Shown here: one piece after another, positions 37,114 to 46,021 of the stretch
Layout of the letters: each line of letters begins with the position of its first letter
How positions within the stretch are numbered: the first letter of the stretch is position 1
DNA from: Candidatus Saccharimonadales bacterium
GTDB taxonomy: Bacteria; Patescibacteriota; Saccharimonadia; Saccharimonadales; 2-12-FULL-41-12
Direction of reading: 5' to 3'
DNA length: 64,000 nucleotides
NCBI GenBank assembly: GCA_041600715.1
Contig: JBFIJM010000003.1
Span: forward strand, 3,345 to 67,344
Notes under the pieces: generated by a model
The model's input: only the letters and a program-made list of their open reading frames with translations
Databases searched by the model: none
What the model was told of the DNA's origin: nothing
Position numbers and translations under genes: made by a program

Positions 37114-37203
37114 ATGGTTCCTAATGTAAAGAATGCTCTTGTAAATAATATTGATGACGAAGAGTTTGTCATAGATACAAGCAACTTTGTCGCATATGAA
37201 TAA
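37114..37203 (+). CDS. 29-aa acidic micro-ORF (MVPNVKNALVNNIDDEEFVIDTSNFVAYE)
   Basis: It is below the ORF-track cut-off. It has its own TTGAAT motif and tatatataataatataacgt before the ATG, in an otherwise unexplained 147-nt gap. Confidence 0.35.
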   Translation: MVPNVKNALVNNIDDEEFVIDTSNFVAYE

Positions 37204-37224
37204 ATTAATAATGATAGATATATA

Positions 37225-38145
37225 ATGAATATCTTTGATCTATCGGATACGTCACAATTGCCTCAAGGTCAAGTGCCTAAGCATCAAACGAGACAAGTTT
37301 CAGGAGTCTCGGTAAATAATCCAACGCCCGAGATAAAATACGAACCTACTCCTGGATCAATAAAAACGTCTGGTAAAGAATTTATAAAGGACGCAGACTG
37401 GCAAAAAATGCTCGAAGGATATGAATTAGTGTCAAATAATCAGTTCGACCAAATCCCCCTCGGGACTCACGTTCGATATTTAAAGATGGATGGGTTTAGA
37501 GCTAAAGGAGGATATGTATATAAACACATAGTCGGAAAAGAGGGTGCCAGACTCGGAAAAAAATATATAAAGTTAGTACAGAATTATAACAGGCCACCGA
37601 ATAAGGTTAATAATATATCGTGGATTGTAGGCCACTCAAGTATAAGATTTTTATGGATAAATCCAAATACGGGAGACCATGCAGCTCAGTTGCAACCCCC
37701 GCCGATACCGCCACCGATGGGAGTGACAGCCCTTCCTCCGCAAACGCAAGATCAATCACAAGGATACCAGGCGCAAGGATACCAGGCGCAAGGATACCAG
37801 GCGCAAGGATACCCAGCCCAAAGATATCCCACTGTTCCTCAGCAAGTTAACGTACAGTTTCAGCCATCGCCGTATTACGTAGATCATACCACGCCGCCGT
37901 TGCCTGAACAACAAAATAATATGCCACTAATTCAGTTCCCACCATCGTTTCCCGCGACTATGTCGACATACCCACCAAGAGAGACGCAGCAGGATTTGCT
38001 TTCGAGGGATGATATGGGGTCGAATTCTAAACAATTCCTAAATGACAGAATTGATTCTCTTGAGAAAAACGTTGAAAAATTGCAGGGTAAGCTAAATAAA
38101 GTAATGAGTGTAATGATGATAATGAGCAAAAAAATGAACCTATAA
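37225..38145 (+). CDS. hypothetical Pro/Gln-rich protein with a (QGYQA)n repeat and a C-terminal coiled coil
   Basis: 306-aa ORF with gatatata abutting the ATG; the repeat is at 37759-37818. Confidence 0.6.
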   Translation: MNIFDLSDTSQLPQGQVPKHQTRQVSGVSVNNPTPEIKYEPTPGSIKTSGKEFIKDADWQKMLEGYELVSNNQFDQIPLGTHVRYLKMDGFRAKGGYVYKHIVGKEGARLGKKYIKLVQNYNRPPNKVNNISWIVGHSSIRFLWINPNTGDHAAQLQPPPIPPPMGVTALPPQTQDQSQGYQAQGYQAQGYQAQGYPAQRYPTVPQQVNVQFQPSPYYVDHTTPPLPEQQNNMPLIQFPPSFPATMSTYPPRETQQDLLSRDDMGSNSKQFLNDRIDSLEKNVEKLQGKLNKVMSVMMIMSKKMNL

Positions 38146-38147
38146 TA

Positions 38148-38828
38148 TTAAAATGGATGATCAATAACATAGACTGGTGTAAGATATCTATTTTTTTCCA
38201 TCTCACTAAGTCCACAGATCCACGACAAGGCAAGAAATGGTGGATCATCGAGCAGAGATATTGGCAAAACCCCTAGTTTTATCAAACTTAGTATGGATAT
38301 CTCCGCGCAGTTTGTCCCCATGTCAAACTGTTTTATACCACATTTATTCTGCAAACAACTACTGAATACATTGTAATTATACGACATATTTTTATGCGCG
38401 TAATTGATGAAATGCCTGAAGTTATCGCAAATCGACTCCGGAATAGGTCGCTCTAATTCCTTATAAAATACATAACCCTTGTATTTGCGTATGCGGTTTT
38501 CTAGGGGTGTGAGAAAAATACCATTTGCGTTATGATGTTGTAATATTGGCATGTCGGTTGTACCTGCAGCCTCAAATAAATAAGGAGTATAAGTGTCAGC
38601 GCAAGGGTCGACCCATACAATTCCTAAATGTCCATAGTATGAACCAAAAAACATAGCATTAACATTATTTAATGCATGGAATAAGATCATGTCGCCTGTC
38701 TTAAATTTTCTTAACTCCCGTAGCTGTTCGTAATGCACTTCGCCGAATGACGGGTGGTATAATAAAAAATACCACATCCATGTTAGAATTATTGTAATTG
38801 TTATGATGATCCCCCATGACCACGACAT
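38148..38828 (-). CDS. membrane-anchored NlpC/P60-superfamily (YiiX / peptidase C92-like) papain-fold protein
   Basis: FKTGDMILF..SYYGHLGIVWV..FEAAG and a later TNCAEISILSLI fit the permuted His ... Cys pattern. The track start is a TTG; the ATG is at 38828. Confidence 0.45.
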   Translation of the reverse strand: MSWSWGIIITITIILTWMWYFLLYHPSFGEVHYEQLRELRKFKTGDMILFHALNNVNAMFFGSYYGHLGIVWVDPCADTYTPYLFEAAGTTDMPILQHHNANGIFLTPLENRIRKYKGYVFYKELERPIPESICDNFRHFINYAHKNMSYNYNVFSSCLQNKCGIKQFDMGTNCAEISILSLIKLGVLPISLLDDPPFLALSWICGLSEMEKNRYLTPVYVIDHPF

Positions 38829-38978
38829 AGAGTGTAAGATTATACACAATATGTGTCAAATCTTTAACATGTCAAATATTTTTTATTCTATCCCGCTCTG
38901 AATCACCTCACCTACGCCAGCTCTCTTCAAAAAACATAAATATCCCAACATTCCTAATAAGGACCATATCTGGTCAGC

Positions 38979-38992
38979 TAAATTTGAAATTC
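38979..38992 (+). promoter_or_regulatory. TAAATTTGAAATTC motif upstream of the primase-helicase gene
   Basis: The TTGA core is 41 nt upstream of the ATG at 39029; tatattatatac is also present closer to the ATG. Confidence 0.45.
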
Positions 38993-39028
38993 AATTATAA
39001 ACTATAGCACTTATATTATATACGGACT

Positions 39029-42000
39029 ATGCCAAGATCTAAAGGCAATGTTTCTAAATCCCTTAAATCCATACCCAAGGATGACGACGAAACTCGCGAA
39101 GATGTTCATCATATAGTATTTTCCGAGTCTGACACGGATGACGAAATTGATAAACCCGTAAGGAACGAAGTAAAGTCCAGAATTCAAGAGGCTACAAGTA
39201 CGATTTTGAGGATTTTTAGAACATTCTTGAATAAACCTGATTACATTAATCCACCAAAAGACCCATCAACAAACATAGTCGACCGATCAGTGGGAAAATG
39301 TTACAATATACCATCTAGAAAAATACATAAATTCTTCAAATGTCTCGACGAATGTAGACGGACGAATCTATCAATGATGATGTATGAAAAACAATTAGAG
39401 TATTCAGGTATTATGGATGATTTTGATATAGGTCAAGACTGTAGAGTTAGTCAAATTACACATATCCATTTCCACAGATACGCCGTGAGGAAAATCAAAA
39501 ATCTCATCAAGTATGTCGAATTTCCTCTTAACGTCAAATCATTGGAAATATACATTGGGTTTATCCAGAAACCCCGTCCAGTTTTTAAGGATGATAGAAG
39601 CGCGTATTACGATGGGTTCCATGCACTAATCCCAGGTATTCAGCTAACCCGCGCGGCTAAACGATTTATTAACCAAAAATTTATTGAAGACGGCGATGTT
39701 CGAAGTATATTTCATGATTTTACACTCGCTGACGGAATTACTAAAGACGATTTGTTCGATATTAATAGTGCTCATGTTGGTGTACATTTTGTCGGATGTA
39801 GCAGTAAACCAGGCAAACCTGCGTATAAATTAAAATGGGTGTATCGGTGTAAAGTCACTATCGATCCAGATGATGTTGTACCTGTTCAATGTAATGACGT
39901 GTTTTTAGAGTCGAATTCTGTAAACATATGTCATGAATTTTCCCTAAACTGGGAGCGAAGCGAAGAGAAGGGTGGTATTATTCGTAAAAAGCAGTATAAC
40001 TTAAAAGAGGAATACATGAAGTATATCTCTAACGATGGGAAGACAAGAGTTGACGATGTTGAAAACGAATTCTACGACGAGGGGTTGTCTCCTATAGATA
40101 ACGAACTGTCATTACTAAAATCTCGAGACCCTGAGGCTGGCTTTATTAAGAGTATGTTAGACATTCTCAATCCAGAAAGAGCTATTGAGTATAATGAATG
40201 GTGGGAGATTATGCGAATCTTAGCCAAGCTATCTCCATCGTATAAACCTTTGGCTAATTACTTCAGTCAAAAAAGTAAAAAACATGCCGAAGCTCCTTCA
40301 TATGAATCAATGTTTGACAAAAAATGGGAGGAAGCGCTTGCATGTAAAAGTAAAGTTACAATTGGCACACTACATTTCATAGCTGAGCGGGATAACCCAG
40401 ATGCTTACAAGGAAGTACGCAGCAGAAGTATATATAGCATATTGCATCGACAAATATACACACAACGATCCGAAGGTATCCTTGAGCATAATGTAATAGC
40501 CAAACTATTGTTTAATATGATTGGGCATAAATTTGTACATGATAAACCAGACGGGATGGCGCGGGGGAATTGGTATGAATTTATAATTGAAGGAGACCGT
40601 ATGAAAAAGGGGGAAATCTATAAATACAGACCATATGATGGTAGTAAACCTAAATCTATGCTGCGATACATCTCTGACCAGCTCCCACCGTTCTTTGAGA
40701 AGACTTTGATGAAAATTAAAGACTCTTATGAGGCAGCCGATGGGAACTTAGCGAAATACTATTCGCAAGTATACAAAAATTTTCAAAGATCATGCAGAAA
40801 CTTGGAGAATCGAACATATAAAAAAGCCGTCGTTGAAGAGTGTGAGAGTGAATTTGAGATGGTTGGATTCTCTGATTCCCTAGACACAGACCCATTAATT
40901 CGAGGTGTTGGTAATGGTATTTTATCTCTAAAAGATAAGCCCAAGCTCATCACTGGATTCCACAGCTACAAAGTTTCAAACTACACATCTACTGAGTTTA
41001 AACCATATAACCCATATGACCCGATTCAGAAAAAAGTATTAATAGCGCTTCGCAATTTATTCCCTGATGACGAGCCCGATTCGCATAATTTTACAATGTG
41101 TTACTTTGCAAGTACTTTGGATGGTCGCCCAAAAGATAGTGTATTTTTGATGATGGTGGGTGGTGGTAGTAATGGTAAATCCTTTCTTATTGAATTACAT
41201 AAAGGTGCCATTGGTATGCATTATGGTATGACTATGGACCCTTCATTCATCTTGGCGTCAAAGGGTAGAGACTCTGAAGCCGCAGCCCCATTACTTTTGG
41301 CGTTACAAAAAGTCAATTGGGTGGCTTTCTCAGAGACGGACCGACTTGCTGTATTGAATATTAGTAAGATTAAAAGGCTGACTGGTGGAGATACACTTTC
41401 TGGAAGGTATAACTATGGGAATAAAAACATTAATTTTAAACCTAAATGCCATTATACTTGCTGCTCTAATCATGATTTTGAGATTGATGGAACTGATCAT
41501 GGTACTTGGAGAAGAATGCTTTATGTAATTTTCAAGATGAAGTTCTGTCAACTGTGGAAGGGAGAGACTTATGATCCACAAAATATATATGAAAGGGTCG
41601 CTGACCCCGATATGGGAAAGGGTTGGACAGAAGATCCAGACATACTCGCTGGTTATTTTAGCATTATGTCACATTACTATCATAAACTTCGCACAAAATA
41701 CGGAGGGAGTGTAATAAATGTTCCGCACCCACATATTAAGGCAGATACTGAGAATTTTCGCAATCGTCAGGATAAAATTAACAACTTCTTATGTACTTAT
41801 TTAGTTAAATTACCTGAGGTAGAAACTGAAGAGACGATGGATAAAATGGCCAAAGCCAAAGCAGAGGTCAAGGCAGAGGCCAAAGCAGAGGCCAAAGCAG
41901 AGGCCAAAACAGAGGCCAAAGCAAAAGCAAAAGAAGAGCCAAAGAAAAAAATCTTTAGGATGCAATCAATGTCGGAGATTGCAGAAAAATACATCAAATG

Positions 42001-42721
42001 GCATGAAAGTCAATATCCAGGGGCTAACAAAAACTACTTGAAAGGATTGATTAGCCAATTGGAAAATTCACAAATCTCCAAGTATCTCAAGCGTACACGT
42101 CGAGGCAAATTTCTGATCGGCTACCGTATATTGAATATTAATGAGGCAAAGGAGGACGATGAAGAATATTTTTCGAAGACAGCATTTAGCGATAAAAAAT
42201 ACGAACATGGTGTTGTTTCAGAGAATGCTGAACAATATTACAAAAGACTCTGTAAGGAATATGATGAAAACTGCGCCAGAGAGAAAGCCGCTAAGTCTAA
42301 GGATAGTAAAAGTAAAAAAAATAGTACTTTTACCCCTGCGAGCTCAAATACCTTTGGACCAGATTTTAGAGTTGTACGTAGGAAGGATAATATTGACGCT
42401 GATGAGGATTCTGGTTCAGATATTGATCTTACGTTAGCGGCTAAAAAAAATCCGAGTCTTGCTGAACAAAGACAAAGAAGACGTCAGTTAAACCTTAGCA
42501 GTTTAAATAAATCAGTATTAAAAACCGATCCTAAATCAGGAAGGTCGATGCTTACATTCGACCCTATTGACGCAGCTAAAAAAGCAAACGTTCACGGTCG
42601 TAAGATTGTACAGTCAATGATGTTTAACGATGACGATGACGACGATGAGGATGAGGATGACGACGATGACGATGACGATGAGGATGAGCTTGTGATTGAT
42701 CTTGATACAATAATTGTATAA
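39029..42721 (+). CDS. D5-type primase-helicase (ASFV C962R class)
   Basis: AEP primase motifs MDDFDIGQD and DGFHALIPG. SF3 helicase Walker A VGGGSNGKS and Walker B VAFSETD. It carries an (AEAK)n insert at 41849-41932 and a poly-D/E tail. Confidence 0.85.
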   Translation: MPRSKGNVSKSLKSIPKDDDETREDVHHIVFSESDTDDEIDKPVRNEVKSRIQEATSTILRIFRTFLNKPDYINPPKDPSTNIVDRSVGKCYNIPSRKIHKFFKCLDECRRTNLSMMMYEKQLEYSGIMDDFDIGQDCRVSQITHIHFHRYAVRKIKNLIKYVEFPLNVKSLEIYIGFIQKPRPVFKDDRSAYYDGFHALIPGIQLTRAAKRFINQKFIEDGDVRSIFHDFTLADGITKDDLFDINSAHVGVHFVGCSSKPGKPAYKLKWVYRCKVTIDPDDVVPVQCNDVFLESNSVNICHEFSLNWERSEEKGGIIRKKQYNLKEEYMKYISNDGKTRVDDVENEFYDEGLSPIDNELSLLKSRDPEAGFIKSMLDILNPERAIEYNEWWEIMRILAKLSPSYKPLANYFSQKSKKHAEAPSYESMFDKKWEEALACKSKVTIGTLHFIAERDNPDAYKEVRSRSIYSILHRQIYTQRSEGILEHNVIAKLLFNMIGHKFVHDKPDGMARGNWYEFIIEGDRMKKGEIYKYRPYDGSKPKSMLRYISDQLPPFFEKTLMKIKDSYEAADGNLAKYYSQVYKNFQRSCRNLENRTYKKAVVEECESEFEMVGFSDSLDTDPLIRGVGNGILSLKDKPKLITGFHSYKVSNYTSTEFKPYNPYDPIQKKVLIALRNLFPDDEPDSHNFTMCYFASTLDGRPKDSVFLMMVGGGSNGKSFLIELHKGAIGMHYGMTMDPSFILASKGRDSEAAAPLLLALQKVNWVAFSETDRLAVLNISKIKRLTGGDTLSGRYNYGNKNINFKPKCHYTCCSNHDFEIDGTDHGTWRRMLYVIFKMKFCQLWKGETYDPQNIYERVADPDMGKGWTEDPDILAGYFSIMSHYYHKLRTKYGGSVINVPHPHIKADTENFRNRQDKINNFLCTYLVKLPEVETEETMDKMAKAKAEVKAEAKAEAKAEAKTEAKAKAKEEPKKKIFRMQSMSEIAEKYIKWHESQYPGANKNYLKGLISQLENSQISKYLKRTRRGKFLIGYRILNINEAKEDDEEYFSKTAFSDKKYEHGVVSENAEQYYKRLCKEYDENCAREKAAKSKDSKSKKNSTFTPASSNTFGPDFRVVRRKDNIDADEDSGSDIDLTLAAKKNPSLAEQRQRRRQLNLSSLNKSVLKTDPKSGRSMLTFDPIDAAKKANVHGRKIVQSMMFNDDDDDDEDEDDDDDDDDEDELVIDLDTIIV

Positions 42722-42731
42722 TTGTTATACA

Positions 42732-42747
42732 TTTTTTTATAAAAAAA
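42732..42747. terminator. T7-AT-A7 bidirectional module
   Basis: tttttttataaaaaaa lies 10 nt after the D5 stop. The A7 serves the convergent gene ending at 42826. Confidence 0.5.
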
Positions 42748-42755
42748 TATATTAT

Positions 42756-42812
42756 GTAGGAGTATATGTAGGAGTATATGTAGGAGTATATATAGGAGTA
42801 TATATAGGAGTA
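42756..42812. repeat. 12-nt tandem repeat (gtaggagtatat, about 4.7 copies)
   Basis: Direct reading. It is intergenic between convergent genes and produces the shadow ORF 42624-42854. Confidence 0.95.
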
Positions 42813-42825
42813 AACAGTCGAAAAC

Positions 42826-43887
42826 TTACTGAGGAAGGGACGCAACGAGATCATTCTTGCGCTTTTTCAAATCATTAAGTTGCTGCGGAATAGCTGCGAA
42901 TTTTGATTGGAGTAATGTGAAACCAGACTGAGTCAAGTTATATTGAGCGGTAACACTTTCGAGTTTTCGTTCAGACACCGCAAGAATACCAATGTGGTAT
43001 TGTCTTCTCGCAGTCACCACCAACTCGGCCTGAGTAACGGCTGCCTGAGCGTTAACATATGCTTGACTGCTCCAAAAGGTGTTCTTCAGCGTATTCAACT
43101 CATCGACAGACTGTTTGAGCAAATACATAGCCTGATCAGACTTACCAAACAGAGCAATGCCGTGTGCGAGCAATGAGCTCGCATTGGCCATATTTTGGAT
43201 ACACTTGACGTACTCATCGCTCGTTTGAAACTGAACCAACATGTTATGCAAGACAAGCTGAGCCTCATCGACGTCGCCGATACACTCGCGCATAACCTGA
43301 TCGCACGTCAAGAGAAGACGATTGTGTTTGCGTTCAGCAGACTTCCTATCATGTGCATGTCGGTTCAAGGCATCGCGGATTTCTTCCGATACAGCTTGCT
43401 GAATATACACGTTCTTTATGTCGGTTTCCAGGCTGGTTAACTGGCGCCAGACGACACAAGACTGAATGGGCAAAGTTGGTGGTGCATTTGGAACAGGGGA
43501 GCGAGGAAGAGGAGGAGGTGATTGAGAGCGAGGAAGAGGAGGTGATTGAGAGCGAGGAAGAGGAGGTGGTAGACGGTGGGAGGTCCGGAGTAAGTCAAGA
43601 AAGTGCTTAACATCGCTAGCAACACTCGCATGGATAGGATATTTCCTATCGATTGTGTTAATGTCCTGAGTATGTGCGATCGAAGAGGAGATCGGAGAGG
43701 AGATCGGAGAGGGTATGGAAGGAGAATATGTCGCTACACGAGACAAATCCAAAATAGATTTGGCGAGTTCCGCGCGTTTTTCCTCGGAACTTCGGGAATC
43801 TTCGCCATCCGGTACCTTACCGACCGGAGGCGTGGCGGCATGGCCAGAAATAAATTTCTGGTCACCGAAAGCAGCTTGAGCAGACAT
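42826..43887 (-). CDS. hypothetical helical protein with a Pro/Ser repeat (PPLPRSQS); leader family; GC-rich
   Basis: The track start is a TTG at 43923; the ATG at 43887 gives MSAQAAFGDQKF... The extended TTGA module lies upstream. Confidence 0.6.
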   Translation of the reverse strand: MSAQAAFGDQKFISGHAATPPVGKVPDGEDSRSSEEKRAELAKSILDLSRVATYSPSIPSPISSPISSSIAHTQDINTIDRKYPIHASVASDVKHFLDLLRTSHRLPPPLPRSQSPPLPRSQSPPPLPRSPVPNAPPTLPIQSCVVWRQLTSLETDIKNVYIQQAVSEEIRDALNRHAHDRKSAERKHNRLLLTCDQVMRECIGDVDEAQLVLHNMLVQFQTSDEYVKCIQNMANASSLLAHGIALFGKSDQAMYLLKQSVDELNTLKNTFWSSQAYVNAQAAVTQAELVVTARRQYHIGILAVSERKLESVTAQYNLTQSGFTLLQSKFAAIPQQLNDLKKRKNDLVASLPQ

Positions 43888-43921
43888 CACTAATAAAGTG
43901 GTCCGGTAAGCGTTAATTAGC

Positions 43922-43951
43922 AAAAAAAAATCAATTTTTTTTTAAAAAAAA
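43922..43951 (-). promoter_or_regulatory. T8 + A9-TTGA-T9 (sense) terminator and promoter module
   Basis: The plus strand reads aaaaaaaaatcaatttttttttaaaaaaaa, between the stop at 43981 and the ATG at 43887. Confidence 0.55.
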
Positions 43952-43980
43952 CGGAGTATAATATGTGGTGAATACCAAAC

Positions 43981-44832
43981 CTAAGAACGATGTATCGCAA
44001 GGAACGGAGTTTTTAGCAGCTCATTATAAAGCTTTTGTTTTTCTGCGAGACGTTGCTGGGCTTCCGATTGCCTAACTTGAGCGTCCTCCGAACAACTGTT
44101 GCATCTTCGAAATGCAGCCAGGTCACGGCCTACCTCTGCATTGAGCTCGGTTATGCGTTTTTGGTGACGATCATTGGCATCGGTCAAAAATCCCTTCGCT
44201 AACACCACAGCATCATGGGCAGTCACAACACGCGGGTCAGTGTCATTGCCGCAGCATTGCTGGGCACGTTCTAAGAATCGAATATCGCCATCTAGCTTTG
44301 CTTGAAGTTTTTTTAACTCTTCGGAACAAACAGCTGGGTAATTAGTTAGCTTAGTTTGAGAACTATTGAGAACATGCGCGGCTGCAACCAGTTCCTTCTG
44401 ACGGGCCATAAAATGTTCAGTACAATTGCACTCATCTAAATGGGCATACCGCATGGCTCGCAATGCATTCGCAACTTGCACCCCGAACCCTTTGATTTCC
44501 TGGAGGGTTGGGATATCAGGAGTTGCGGCGATGGACGACGTGGTGGGGGACGACGTGGGGGAGGACGACGTGGTGGGGGACGACGTGGGGGAGGACGACG
44601 TGGGGGAGGACGACGTGGTGGAGGACGACGTGGGGGGAGAATTGGAGTGTTTGCGATCTAATCCAGAGTCTTGGTCAGTTCGCACGATATTTCGTGCGAT
44701 ATTCAAATCTTTCTGAAGATCTGCTCCCCGGGTAGTGATAGGAGGACGAGTGCTTGGGTCAGCACCCGTGGAAGCAGGTCGCGCGGAGGCGCTACCGAGG
44801 GTCGAAGGCTGAACAATGGTGAGACTTGCCAT
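43981..44832 (-). CDS. hypothetical helical, Cys-containing protein with an (SSPT) repeat; leader family; GC-rich
   Basis: MASLTIVQPSTLGSASARPASTGADPSTRPPITTRG.. The ORFs 44426-44735 are shadows of the repeat. Confidence 0.6.
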   Translation of the reverse strand: MASLTIVQPSTLGSASARPASTGADPSTRPPITTRGADLQKDLNIARNIVRTDQDSGLDRKHSNSPPTSSSTTSSSPTSSSPTSSPTTSSSPTSSPTTSSIAATPDIPTLQEIKGFGVQVANALRAMRYAHLDECNCTEHFMARQKELVAAAHVLNSSQTKLTNYPAVCSEELKKLQAKLDGDIRFLERAQQCCGNDTDPRVVTAHDAVVLAKGFLTDANDRHQKRITELNAEVGRDLAAFRRCNSCSEDAQVRQSEAQQRLAEKQKLYNELLKTPFLAIHRS

Positions 44833-44847
44833 CGAACTTTATTGATT

Positions 44848-44868
44848 AAAAAAAATCAATTTTTTTTT
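44848..44868 (-). promoter_or_regulatory. A9-TTGA-T8 (sense) module
   Basis: The plus strand reads aaaaaaaatcaattttttttt; the core is 23 nt upstream of the ATG at 44832 and downstream of the stop at 44906. Confidence 0.55.
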
Positions 44869-44905
44869 AAAGAATTTTTCGGTCTTTTGTATTTGTACAA
44901 TCATA

Positions 44906-45361
44906 TTATAAACATTCATCAGCGAATTTGACACCGCCAGTATGATCAGATAATACATGAAATCGCGATTTCTGAGTATCAACATGACTATGATAATTAA
45001 ATGCCGGAGCATTCCCAAGAAATTTCTCCTGTCCGGATAGCCCATCACCGAAGTCTTTGCTTCTAGTTGGATCTGACAACCAGAGGCTTTTTGAGGCCTC
45101 AAATTCATTTTGCTTCCCTCGAGTTCGAACAGGTGTCATCATGTCATATAATCCGGTATTATCAGGGTCTCCAAGGTCGTTAATAGCTTCGAAATGTTCT
45201 CGTTTCAATCCAGGTGGGTCAACTGGTGCCAATAGGTATCCCTCTCTAGACGACCCAGCATAGGGACTTGGGCAGTAATAATACAACATCAATAATACAA
45301 ATACAATGATTATTGCCCACAACCATTGGTTTACATTTCTACAGTCTTCAAGATCTCCCAT
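44906..45361 (-). CDS. type II-like membrane protein
   Basis: 151 aa with an N-terminal helix WLWAIIIVFVLLMLYYY. Confidence 0.55.
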   Translation of the reverse strand: MGDLEDCRNVNQWLWAIIIVFVLLMLYYYCPSPYAGSSREGYLLAPVDPPGLKREHFEAINDLGDPDNTGLYDMMTPVRTRGKQNEFEASKSLWLSDPTRSKDFGDGLSGQEKFLGNAPAFNYHSHVDTQKSRFHVLSDHTGGVKFADECL

Positions 45362-45394
45362 TTTATAGGCTACTATATAGGAAAAAATAAATTA

Positions 45395-45604
45395 ATGTCG
45401 TTGAAATTATACGAAGAACTTACTTCGATAAAAATGCCCTATGATAAAGTAAGGTATCCATTCACCAATTTGGCCCTTGTAAGTGTAAAGAGCACACATA
45501 AAACGCTCGACTTATACTATGATGAATATAAGAAGATGTTTGTTACTGAGAATAATCGCAAGAAGGGTGGATTTGGTGGTAGTAAAAAAATATATGTTGT
45601 ATAA
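45395..45604 (+). CDS. small hypothetical protein (69 aa)
   Basis: The first ATG of track ORF 45326-45604; ctactatatag lies upstream. Confidence 0.35.
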   Translation: MSLKLYEELTSIKMPYDKVRYPFTNLALVSVKSTHKTLDLYYDEYKKMFVTENNRKKGGFGGSKKIYVV

Positions 45605-45613
45605 ATTTGAAAT
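45603..45613 (+). promoter_or_regulatory. AAATTTGAAAT motif overlapping the upstream stop codon
   Basis: gtataaatttgaaat lies 19 nt upstream of the ATG at 45630. Confidence 0.4.
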
Positions 45614-45629
45614 ATATGTGTATTTCTTG

Positions 45630-45767
45630 ATGGAGTCAAAAAAGTCTAGTAAGTTCTTGTATCTTATCAAATGTGAAGAATTAAATGATGTTGTAAAAAT
45701 CAGCATAACTGAACGAATCTTGGGCTATCGTAAAGATGAATATGATACATTTTTAAAAAATAACTAA
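45630..45767 (+). CDS. 45-aa ORF resembling the N-terminal half of a T5orf172/GIY-YIG-like domain
   Basis: MESKKSSKFLYLIKCEELNDVVKISITERILGYRKDEY..; it appears truncated relative to full domains. Confidence 0.3.
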   Translation: MESKKSSKFLYLIKCEELNDVVKISITERILGYRKDEYDTFLKNN

Positions 45768-45776
45768 AACAAACCC

Positions 45777-46016
45777 TTAACGTTTCATTGTTGGGCATCC
45801 CTTTACATGTAAAGGGGTGATACTCCTAATATGCATGGGGAAAAGTCGGCAGTAACAGTATTTACATTTGACTACCGCAGGACATCCATGATTATGACCA
45901 AAATCACTCATATAACAAGTACATGGCCGAGGGGATTCGACAGATTTAAATGAATCCGTCGAAGCTGATTTATCCATCAATATATCCATCAATATACCAT
46001 TAAAAAATACAATCAT
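45777..46016 (-). CDS. small Cys/His-rich protein
   Basis: CTCYMSDFGHNHGCPAVVKCKYCYCRLFPMH..HVKGCP. The start could be Met1, Met10 or Met14. Confidence 0.4.
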   Translation of the reverse strand: MIVFFNGILMDILMDKSASTDSFKSVESPRPCTCYMSDFGHNHGCPAVVKCKYCYCRLFPMHIRSITPLHVKGCPTMKR

Positions 46017-46021
46017 CTAAA

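Noticed and set aside
44906-45361. N-myristoylation of the proteins starting MGD (45361, 29263, 63958)
   Set aside because: Asp at position 2 after the Gly is disfavoured by the N-myristoyltransferase consensus (G-{EDRKHPFYW}-x-x-[STAGCN]).
45395-45767. Fusion of the 69-aa and 45-aa ORFs through a frameshift in the A7 run at about 45585
   Set aside because: The second ORF has its own AAATTTGAAAT motif 19 nt upstream, overlapping the first ORF's stop. This is the same arrangement as at 27141 and 52525, so two small transcription units are more parsimonious. The question remains unresolved.
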